IMG/VR virus record: IMGVR_UViG_3300047552_001072
Location: 1-64,000 of that record
Reading direction: 5' to 3' (one strand)
DNA from: a virus
Length of the DNA stretch: 64,000 bases
In this document: positions 9,875 to 18,239 of the stretch, piece by piece
How positions within the stretch are numbered: position 1 is the stretch's first letter
Layout: every line of letters begins with the position of its first letter
Notes under the pieces: model-generated
The model's database searches: none
What the model was told of the DNA's origin: nothing
What the model saw: the letters and a program-made list of their open reading frames with translations, nothing else
Translations under genes and position numbers: made by a program

Positions 9875-11281
9875 ATGATAGAACAAATACTAAACTCTAT
9901 TAAAGTAAGGGGGGTAGCTCAGGATTCTACATTGCAATCATTATTAACTGAACTTCAATTAAAAGCTAAATTAACAGATATTCAACCTGTAGATATTAAT
10001 TCTTTGCCTTTAGCAACTGATGCAGCTACAGAGACTAAACAAGATGATATATTAACTGCTTTAGGTCTTTTAGCAAAATTAACAGATACACAGCCAGTAA
10101 AATTTAAATCGGATATGTATGATGCTGGTGGTGGTTTTGTAGTTTCTAATAAAACTACATTAGGAGCATACTTAATGGATTCCAATAATATATCTACACA
10201 ATTATCAAGACAAGGTACAGGAACTCAAGTTTATTCAAATGGTGTTAGTACAATGTCTGTAACATCTGGTCAATATGCAGTATGTCAATCAAGACAAATA
10301 CATCCGTATCTAACTGGTAAAGCTCAAGAATGTGAGATTACTTGTGATAGATTTAATTTACAAACCAACGTAGTTAAAAAGATTGGTTTATTTACTTCGG
10401 CTAGAACAGCTCCATACAATACCTCATATGACGGTTTTTATTTTGAAGCTGATGGAATTAACGGAGTTTATAATTTAGTAATAGCTAATGGTAATACTGG
10501 ATTAGAAACTAAAATACCTTCCTCTTCTTGGGATAATCCTAATATAACTAACTTTGGAGCTAATTTTAATATATTAAAAATTGATTTTTTATACTTAGGA
10601 GGATCACAAGTTAGATTTTGGATATTTAATAATGGTACATTTGAATTGTTACATACATATAAACATGCTAATAACTTCAGTGGAACAATTTGTAAATCTC
10701 CTAATCTTCCAGTAAGATGGGAAATTAGAAGTACAACGGGTTCAGGAACATTTGGCCAAATATGCGCAACTGTAACAACAGGAGGTTCGTTAAATAAAGT
10801 AGGTAGACAAATAGCCGTACCTCCAACTATAACAACAACTACTGCTAATACTGCAGGCACATCTTATTTACTTAAAGCAATAAGACTTTCTAATACAACT
10901 GGTATTAATAAAACAATTTTAGATTTTATAATTTCAGCTGTTAGTTCTGCCGGGGATGATCTTTGGATTGAAGTTAGATTTAATCCTACAATAGCAGGTG
11001 GAGCACTTACTTGGAATGATATTAATGATGAAAATTCTGTAGCTACTGGAATACAATATGCTAATGGATCTGGCAATATTATAACAGGAGGAACAGTTAT
11101 TTATGGCGATTACATTGGAGCAGTTAATAGAACAGTTAGTACTATAAGTACATTAGATTTAATTAGAAAAGCGGGATTTGATTTGAATGGTGTAGCTGAT
11201 ATACTAACTCTATGTGTAATACCATTAAACACTGGTACAAATGCTAATGTTTATGGTAATTTTACAGTAACAATAAATTAA
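9875..11281 (+). CDS. Beta-rich virion protein / putative receptor-binding protein
   Basis: 468 aa, with repeated N-terminal AKLTD.QPV units followed by a beta-sandwich-like domain (PYLTGKAQ, DGFYFE, YLGGSQVRF, HTYKHANN, NLPVRWEI, FGQICATV). Confidence 0.5.
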   Translation: MIEQILNSIKVRGVAQDSTLQSLLTELQLKAKLTDIQPVDINSLPLATDAATETKQDDILTALGLLAKLTDTQPVKFKSDMYDAGGGFVVSNKTTLGAYLMDSNNISTQLSRQGTGTQVYSNGVSTMSVTSGQYAVCQSRQIHPYLTGKAQECEITCDRFNLQTNVVKKIGLFTSARTAPYNTSYDGFYFEADGINGVYNLVIANGNTGLETKIPSSSWDNPNITNFGANFNILKIDFLYLGGSQVRFWIFNNGTFELLHTYKHANNFSGTICKSPNLPVRWEIRSTTGSGTFGQICATVTTGGSLNKVGRQIAVPPTITTTTANTAGTSYLLKAIRLSNTTGINKTILDFIISAVSSAGDDLWIEVRFNPTIAGGALTWNDINDENSVATGIQYANGSGNIITGGTVIYGDYIGAVNRTVSTISTLDLIRKAGFDLNGVADILTLCVIPLNTGTNANVYGNFTVTIN

Positions 11282-11286
11282 TAATT

Positions 11287-11586
11287 ATGTTAGGAACATT
11301 AGAATTAACCGCAAATGGTAAAGCCATTCATTTAAAGAGTAATGCTTTACCTATTAATACACATGACTTTATAGTTGCAATAGATGCTATTTCACATATT
11401 ATAGTAGATAAAGATATTGTTTCTGGAACAGTATCTCCATATGTTATAATAAGCTTAAGAAATGGATTAAAAAGAAGTTTCACACCTAGCAATATATCAA
11501 AGATAGGTACTACAGATTATTCTCCTGGAGTATGTCCAGATGCAGAAACTCTTAGAGATGAATTATTATTACTACTAGGATGGTAG
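11287..11586 (+). CDS. Hypothetical protein
   Basis: 99-aa ORF in the operon with a good A-rich start context. Confidence 0.5.
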   Translation: MLGTLELTANGKAIHLKSNALPINTHDFIVAIDAISHIIVDKDIVSGTVSPYVIISLRNGLKRSFTPSNISKIGTTDYSPGVCPDAETLRDELLLLLGW

Positions 11587-11611
11587 ATAAACCAATAAAC
11601 ATTATAAATAG

Positions 11612-11959
11612 ATGGATACAGGCTACGTAGATGCAATAGCTGGGGGATCTTTTCTTTTATTAACAGGAACAGAAGTAATGGCATCAGATACAATAATTGA
11701 ACTTATAAGTAAGTTTGGTGTTATAGCTGTACTATGGTTTTGGTTAAAAGATATGAAAGATCAAGTAAAAGCATTAACAAAGATATACGAGAAAGAAAAT
11801 AATGAGGCTAGGGAACATTCTGAAAAAATGCTTACTAGTATTAAAGAAGAGTATAAAGACTATAAAGATAGGTCTGATAAACAATTAGAACAAGCATCTC
11901 GAGAAAGAGATGAGTTACATAAACGAATACAAGAATTAACAGTTAATAAAAAGAGTTAA
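11612..11959 (+). CDS. Holin-like membrane protein
   Basis: Hydrophobic segment IIELISKFGVIAVLWFWL followed by a charged coiled coil. Last gene before a terminator. Confidence 0.45.
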   Translation: MDTGYVDAIAGGSFLLLTGTEVMASDTIIELISKFGVIAVLWFWLKDMKDQVKALTKIYEKENNEAREHSEKMLTSIKEEYKDYKDRSDKQLEQASRERDELHKRIQELTVNKKS

Positions 11960-11966
11960 TTTACCT

Positions 11967-11995
11967 AAAGGCGGAGATACACTCTGCCTTTTTTT
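11967..11995 (+). terminator. Rho-independent terminator
   Basis: AAAGGCGGAG-ATACA-CTCTGCCTTT plus T-run. Confidence 0.8.
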
Positions 11996-12012
11996 ATATC
12001 TAAAATTAAGCT

Positions 12013-12696
12013 ATGGCAACAGTAAATGAACATATCTATGCAATACAAAATCTTTCTAATAAAGGAATGAAGTCTGATGATGCTCCTTTTAGTAATAGAT
12101 TTATTTTGCATTTAATGAATACTACAAGAATACTGCTTCTTAAAAGAAAAGCAGATAAAAAACAAACATTTGATCCATCTGACTTTCAATCATTCTGTAT
12201 GTCTTTATGTGAGTCGAGCTGGATTGATTGTCCATGTTTACCTAATGTTGATTGTCCAATATTAAAAAGTAAATTTAAAATTCCTAAAGCCCTTACATCA
12301 CGTTCAGGACTATATATAACAGTAAGATTTTTCTCAGGACGAGAGATAGGTATGACTACTCCATCTGCTGTAAGATATCGACAATTATCAATAACTAAAG
12401 CTAAAAAACCAGCTTGGTTTATTGATAATAACTATTTATACATTACAGGAGTACCAAACAATTTACTTAAGGCGGTGTATATAACAGGTATTTTTATAGA
12501 TCCTACTGATCTAGTTGAGATTACATCTTGTAATGATGAAGTTCCATGTTATGATATAATGGAAGACGAGTATCCAATATCAGGAGAATTAGTAGATCCT
12601 ATGTACAAAATGGTTATGGAGTATATAGGTATGGGATATAAGTTTCCTGATGATTTAGTTAATGACGCTAAAGACACAGGAAGAGCAGATGAGTAA
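12013..12696 (+). CDS. Tail ring protein (crAss-like)
   Basis: SDD..FSNRFIL, Cys cluster, ILKSKFKIPK, NNYLY, GIFIDP, YPI and D..ND tail pattern. Positioned before the IHF-like and tubular genes. Confidence 0.7.
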   Translation: MATVNEHIYAIQNLSNKGMKSDDAPFSNRFILHLMNTTRILLLKRKADKKQTFDPSDFQSFCMSLCESSWIDCPCLPNVDCPILKSKFKIPKALTSRSGLYITVRFFSGREIGMTTPSAVRYRQLSITKAKKPAWFIDNNYLYITGVPNNLLKAVYITGIFIDPTDLVEITSCNDEVPCYDIMEDEYPISGELVDPMYKMVMEYIGMGYKFPDDLVNDAKDTGRADE

Positions 12697-13126
12697 AGAA
12701 GAAATTAAGACACAAAGTTTAACTATTGGTGGAATACATTCTATGAGTAATAATCCACCCTGTACCTATAAGGAATACAAATTAATACTAGATACATTTC
12801 ATAAACTTGTATCTAAAAATATTATCGAATTAGGTACTCGGTATACACTGCCGCACAAATTAGGAGTATTATCTATTCGTAGAAAGAAAAATAAACCTAA
12901 GAAAGTAATTGACTTTCATAAAACTAAATTATATGGAGAGACTATCTACCATAATAATTATCATTCAGAAGGTCAATATTGTTTTTATCACTGGGAAAAA
13001 GAATTTCCTTACGCGATATTTACTTATAAACAACTCTATGAGTTTGAACCCACAAGATTTAATAAAAGAACATTGGCAAAAGGTATTAAAGAAAAAAATA
13101 CTTTAAATAAATACGTAGAAATATGA
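12689..13126 (+). CDS. IHF/HU-like DNA-binding protein
   Basis: Basic protein with YTLPHKLGVLSIRRKK, IDFHKTK, YHNNYHS.G and FEPTR.NKR.LAK, typical of crAss-like IHF homologs. Start placed at the second ATG (12689); the ORF track uses 12662. Confidence 0.75.
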   Translation: MSKEEIKTQSLTIGGIHSMSNNPPCTYKEYKLILDTFHKLVSKNIIELGTRYTLPHKLGVLSIRRKKNKPKKVIDFHKTKLYGETIYHNNYHSEGQYCFYHWEKEFPYAIFTYKQLYEFEPTRFNKRTLAKGIKEKNTLNKYVEI

Positions 13127-13974
13127 TAACAGAAAAACCACTAAAATATATCTCAATAGAAGCCGTATTAGACGACATTCATTCTATGGTTGATGATATA
13201 GATTGGGATGAAGATAGAATGCTAGAATGGGCCGTTAAAGGTTTTAGAAAGCTTAATTTACCTGCCAAGTATGAAGAACAAGTTGTCTTCTTAAATGTAG
13301 TAGATCATACCGCAGAGTTACCCTATGATTTAATCAATATCAATCAAATATTCTTTAGAGAAACATCTGAAGATTTAACAACTGAAGAAGATGGAGTTAT
13401 TGCTCAAGTAACAGGTATTACTACAGATAAACCTTTCTATAGATTAATAAATAATAGAGAAGATTTCTTTCAAAGAATACTAGATACTAATAGTAACTTC
13501 TACAATTACTTTAAACCATTAAGAAGATACTCAGGACATTTTGGGTTTGTACCTTGTACTCAAGATATTAATCGTGTTAATTGTGAACATCAATATACAA
13601 TAGAATCTAATAACTTTATTAGAACTTCTTTTAGACAAGGTTGTGTAATATTATCATATGATGCTAGAATACAGGAAAATTGTTTAGACATGATTCCAGA
13701 TAATGAGAATCTTAAAGATGCTTTGTTTCACTTCTGTATGTACAGATTTTGGATGTCAAGATTACATATGAAAGAAGAAGGAACTCAGAATTTAATGCAA
13801 TTTCATTTAAGACAGTATTCGGCAATAGGCAAGAAAGCTGTTGGTGAAATTAATAAACCAGATGTTGATCAAATGGAAAACATCAAGAACTTTACTCAAA
13901 GACTTGTTCCTAGAGCTAACTTCTATGATAAAGCATTTTCACAATTAAATAATAGAGAAAATTTAACTTACTAA
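13123..13974 (+). CDS. Tail tubular / ring protein (P22 gp4-like)
   Basis: AELPYDL, YTI..N.IRTSF..G.V.LSY and MIPDNE...DAL..F motifs. Directly upstream of the stabilization protein. Confidence 0.75.
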   Translation: MITEKPLKYISIEAVLDDIHSMVDDIDWDEDRMLEWAVKGFRKLNLPAKYEEQVVFLNVVDHTAELPYDLININQIFFRETSEDLTTEEDGVIAQVTGITTDKPFYRLINNREDFFQRILDTNSNFYNYFKPLRRYSGHFGFVPCTQDINRVNCEHQYTIESNNFIRTSFRQGCVILSYDARIQENCLDMIPDNENLKDALFHFCMYRFWMSRLHMKEEGTQNLMQFHLRQYSAIGKKAVGEINKPDVDQMENIKNFTQRLVPRANFYDKAFSQLNNRENLTY

Positions 13975-13975
13975 T

Positions 13976-16900
13976 ATGGGACAAATAAGAGAAATAGATG
14001 ATATTAAGAAGCCATTAAAAGGTATGGTTACTGATGTTGCACCTATTAACCAAGTACCTAATTCGTATAGGTTTGCTCTTAATATGTGTGCAGAATCAAG
14101 AGAAGGAGATTACTCAGCATTAGTAAATGAAGAAGGTAACACTGAATGTTTTCAAATAGAAGATAATGAAAAGATTATTGGTACTATATTAATAAGTAAT
14201 GGTGATACGGTTATATTTATAGCTGATGAGGATCAAACTTATTCAAAGATATCTATAGTAGATAAGAATTGTAATCTAACTAATAGAATAACATCCTCAT
14301 GTTTAAATTTTAATAAAGCTTATCCTATACATGGTACTTTCAAAATACATAATGGATGTAATAGAATTATATATTTTACAGATAATTATAACCCTATTAG
14401 ATCAATTAATTTAGATGGGTTAGGCCAATATACACCACAAATAGGAACTAGTGAAGAGGACTGGATAAATGATGCAAACTTAAATGATTCTTGGTTATGT
14501 GAATTATTTAAACTAAATGGAGATTCTATAGTACCTAATATTAATTTTTTAAGTATAGATGATTATGGTGGAGTATTACCAGTAGGAAGTTATCAATTTG
14601 CTATAAGATATGTAACAGAAGATTTAAATCCTACAAATTGGTTTTATATAACTAATCCAGTAAATTTAGGAGAAACTCCTAAAGGTGACTCAGGATTTCA
14701 CTTATTAAATAGTAATGGTGGTGTAGTGGGAACAGATCCTGATGCACCTTCAGGAAGAACTATAAATTTAGAAATTACTAATCTAGACACAAGATATAAA
14801 TATTACCAATTAGCTTCAATAGAACATAGAGAAGGTACTGGGCAAGTAACAGATGTTTTTGAATTACCTAGACAATTAATAGAGAGTACCTCAGATATTT
14901 TTGTATTTAAAGGCACAGAAGAAACAATAGAAGTTACTTTAGAGAGTGTTTCTGTTCCTTCTTTAACTTTTAATAAAGTAGGATCAATAGCTCAAACAGA
15001 TAATAGATTAATCTTAGCTAATACAGAAGATGTACTTAAAGATTATACTGAGTTACAAAAAATAGCAAGTAAGATAAAAACTTCTTGGGGAGTTAACTAT
15101 ATGAAAAAAATGCATATAGGAAATTATGATCTAGATTCTTTTCAAACAGATTCTTCTACAGGTAAATTTTCTTTTGATTATTTAACATATGCACGAGATG
15201 AAGTTTATGCTTTAGGTATAGTTTTTGTATTTAATGATGGATCAGAATCACCTGTATTTCATATTCCAGGGAGACCTGCAAATACAGGAGTTATTAATAA
15301 TAATGTGTATAGTAATGCAGCAATATCTATAATAGGAAATGCAAATACTCATACTAGAAACCAAGTACCATTTGGGGAGCCTTGGGATAGACAATTATTA
15401 ACAGTTATTGATTCTTCTCTTGTACCTAATGGAACTACAGAAGTAAGAGAAAGTAATGTTAAGCATATTCCTTTAGTAGAATTTACTAATCCAAGTGATC
15501 CTAGAATTGGTAATACAATTGAGAGATGGAAAGTATTTAATACAGCTACACATGGACCTGCAGGAACTATTAATAGGTATAGTGGTGCTTCAAGTGGGTG
15601 TTTAGGTTTTTATGAGGCAGATGAAATATATAAAGATATATTAGATTGTAATGGAGATTCTATATGGGGGGTTGATTTTAATGGAGACTCTTTAGTTGGA
15701 GAAAAAATTAGACACCATAGAATGCCTGATTCAATATTATACCCAATAGACGATGACTTAGAAATAGATAATTATGTTGCTTTAGCAGAAATGTTTCCTA
15801 TAAAGTTAAATATTTCTAATGTTGATATTCCTGTAAATTTATTAAATGATATACAAGGATTTTATATAGTAAAAGGAGTAAGATCAGATAGTAATGCTAC
15901 AGTTTTAGACGCAGGATTATTTGTGGGTACTCAATATTTACCTGCGTATACTAATACTGAAACGGGAGAATCTTTTCCAGCTACAAGTCAAGTATATTCT
16001 TATATAACTAATATTGCTGGACCCTATTTAAATAGTGAATTAAATATAGGTGTATTTATATCTCCAAGAGCTCAATTTAGAAAAGATATAAAACCTAGTA
16101 CTTATTTTAAGTTTGATGAAAGATTAACTGCTAATTTAATTACAGATTTATCACAAAAAGAAATAAGAGATGTAACAGAAGAAGATTGTCAATTTAGAAT
16201 AATCACTGATTATGCTTATGTTAATCATGATTCAATTCAAGGAGCTTTAGGTACATTTCCTTATGCTTTACAAAATCTTAATAGTAATATAGATACATTA
16301 TTTATTAGAATAGAAGATCCATATAATACTTTATACATAACTCCTGCAGATGAATTTGTTCAACACTATTATGTGACTTTGAAACAGTGGATAAAACCAT
16401 ATGGAGAATTGGGAGATATTGAATATGAAAGAACTAATAATATCAAAATAGAACCTGTTAATTCTTCCACAATATTTAGAATAGGAGGTGGAGATACTTA
16501 TCTAGGTGAGATGAGTTTTAGAACAATAGGTACTGGAGGAGAACGTGTAAATAGTAATTTTTATTTTGAAAGTATAGTAAATCCTGAATTAAGAAAATCT
16601 GGTGAAGAAGACTCAGAAAATCATTGGAGAAATTATGGGGGAACTGCAACAGACTTTGTAAATACTGGTGGATTAGAATTCTTTGTAGAAAATAGAGACA
16701 TGTCATTAAGAAATGATGTTAGATTATATTTTCCTTTACCCATTGATTACGATTTCTGTTCTGAGTGTCAGAATAGATTTCCTACACGTATTTGGTATTC
16801 AAAAAGATCCTATCAAGAATCTATATATGATAATTATAGAGTATTCTTAGCTAATGATTACAGGGACTTACTTTCTAATGGCGGTGAAATAACTAATTTA

Positions 16901-18238
16901 TTTGTTTATAAAGATCAATTATATGCACAGACTCCAGAGACTTCTTGGTTCGTAGCAACTAGACCACAAGAACTTCAAACAAATGAAGGAACAATCTCTG
17001 TAGGTACTGGGGATTTGTTATCAATACCACCAAGAAAACTTGAAACAGTTGATAGAGGTTATGCAGGTAATCAACATAAATTTTCTGCAGTAATATCAGA
17101 ATTTGGTACAACTTGGGTAGATGCAGATGCTGGTAAAGTATTTAATTTTAATGGACAGTTAAATGAACTCTCTGCTTTAGGAATGCGTAATTGGTTTGCT
17201 GAAAACCTTAAATTCTCAGGTGGAGTAAATGATCAAATATCAGGATTCAACATAGAATCAACAGTACATAAAAATGGTATTGGATTTATTTCTACATTTG
17301 ATCCTAGACATAATAGATATATACTCAGAAAGAAGTATTATAAAATTATAGACCTTGAATGGTTAGGTAGTTTAATTATCACAGATGAATATGAGGCTGA
17401 TATTGAGAATGGTTATAATTCAACCACAGGAGAATTTTATACATGGCCTATAGGATTTTCTTTAACTATAGTTAACATACATGAAGATCCAACTTTAGTA
17501 GAAGATCTATCTTGGACTATATCATTTTCATATCCACATAATGCATGGATGTCTTATCATTCATATAGACCTAATTGGATGTGGCATGATAGAAATAATT
17601 ATTATACATATAATAATGTAACAGAAGGAAGTAACAATAGATATGCTTGGTTGCATAATCAAAGAAACTATGGTGAATACTATAACTTAGTTCACCCTAG
17701 TACCATTTACGGAATATTTAATGTTAATGGTTATTTAACAAAAGTATTTAATCATCTTGAGTTAGTTACTTCATCTTACTCTTGGTTGGGAGATCAATTA
17801 GTTAAGAACGAAGATGATTCTATTTATGAGGCATTCTTTCATACAGATAGACAAAGTTCTTCATTACTTAGTGTACAAGTAAAAAATAGTTTAGACACTA
17901 CAGATCCATTTGTATCAATAGAATATGATTTATCTAAAGCAGAAATTCAAAATAATGAAGATACTTGGAATCTTAGTAAGTTTTATGATTTAACTTTTGA
18001 CTATACTTTACCTATCTTTACAAATGATTGGAGCAATTCAACTTATCAAAATAAGAGAATTACAGATGGTTATATTTATTATCCCAATGATCTAAGAGAT
18101 GATGCAACTAAATTTCAATTTGATCTTAATCCATTAAGAGGAAAATATTTAGGTGTATTCTTAAACTATGATAATACATTAGCAAATAAATTTGTAATAG
18201 ACTTCTTAAATACGTCACAAAATATATCATTTAAATAA
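13976..18238 (+). CDS. Tail stabilization / muzzle protein (P22 gp10-like)
   Basis: 1420 aa with KGMVTD, YRFALN, NEEGN, IYFTDNYNPIRSIN, RDEVYALGI.F.F.DG.ESPVFHIPGR, IRHHRMPD, LS..GM.NWF and WTISFS....WMSYHSY.P, all hallmark crAss-like muzzle motifs. Confidence 0.88.
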   Translation: MGQIREIDDIKKPLKGMVTDVAPINQVPNSYRFALNMCAESREGDYSALVNEEGNTECFQIEDNEKIIGTILISNGDTVIFIADEDQTYSKISIVDKNCNLTNRITSSCLNFNKAYPIHGTFKIHNGCNRIIYFTDNYNPIRSINLDGLGQYTPQIGTSEEDWINDANLNDSWLCELFKLNGDSIVPNINFLSIDDYGGVLPVGSYQFAIRYVTEDLNPTNWFYITNPVNLGETPKGDSGFHLLNSNGGVVGTDPDAPSGRTINLEITNLDTRYKYYQLASIEHREGTGQVTDVFELPRQLIESTSDIFVFKGTEETIEVTLESVSVPSLTFNKVGSIAQTDNRLILANTEDVLKDYTELQKIASKIKTSWGVNYMKKMHIGNYDLDSFQTDSSTGKFSFDYLTYARDEVYALGIVFVFNDGSESPVFHIPGRPANTGVINNNVYSNAAISIIGNANTHTRNQVPFGEPWDRQLLTVIDSSLVPNGTTEVRESNVKHIPLVEFTNPSDPRIGNTIERWKVFNTATHGPAGTINRYSGASSGCLGFYEADEIYKDILDCNGDSIWGVDFNGDSLVGEKIRHHRMPDSILYPIDDDLEIDNYVALAEMFPIKLNISNVDIPVNLLNDIQGFYIVKGVRSDSNATVLDAGLFVGTQYLPAYTNTETGESFPATSQVYSYITNIAGPYLNSELNIGVFISPRAQFRKDIKPSTYFKFDERLTANLITDLSQKEIRDVTEEDCQFRIITDYAYVNHDSIQGALGTFPYALQNLNSNIDTLFIRIEDPYNTLYITPADEFVQHYYVTLKQWIKPYGELGDIEYERTNNIKIEPVNSSTIFRIGGGDTYLGEMSFRTIGTGGERVNSNFYFESIVNPELRKSGEEDSENHWRNYGGTATDFVNTGGLEFFVENRDMSLRNDVRLYFPLPIDYDFCSECQNRFPTRIWYSKRSYQESIYDNYRVFLANDYRDLLSNGGEITNLFVYKDQLYAQTPETSWFVATRPQELQTNEGTISVGTGDLLSIPPRKLETVDRGYAGNQHKFSAVISEFGTTWVDADAGKVFNFNGQLNELSALGMRNWFAENLKFSGGVNDQISGFNIESTVHKNGIGFISTFDPRHNRYILRKKYYKIIDLEWLGSLIITDEYEADIENGYNSTTGEFYTWPIGFSLTIVNIHEDPTLVEDLSWTISFSYPHNAWMSYHSYRPNWMWHDRNNYYTYNNVTEGSNNRYAWLHNQRNYGEYYNLVHPSTIYGIFNVNGYLTKVFNHLELVTSSYSWLGDQLVKNEDDSIYEAFFHTDRQSSSLLSVQVKNSLDTTDPFVSIEYDLSKAEIQNNEDTWNLSKFYDLTFDYTLPIFTNDWSNSTYQNKRITDGYIYYPNDLRDDATKFQFDLNPLRGKYLGVFLNYDNTLANKFVIDFLNTSQNISFK

Positions 18239-18239
18239 C

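Noticed and set aside
7913-11586. Diversity-generating retroelement or invertible fibre cassette
   Set aside because: I found no reverse transcriptase, recombinase, TR/VR pair or inverted repeats by eye in this window.
11612-11959. Complete lysis cassette
   Set aside because: Only a holin-like protein is present; no endolysin or spanin was recognisable nearby, so these may lie outside the window.
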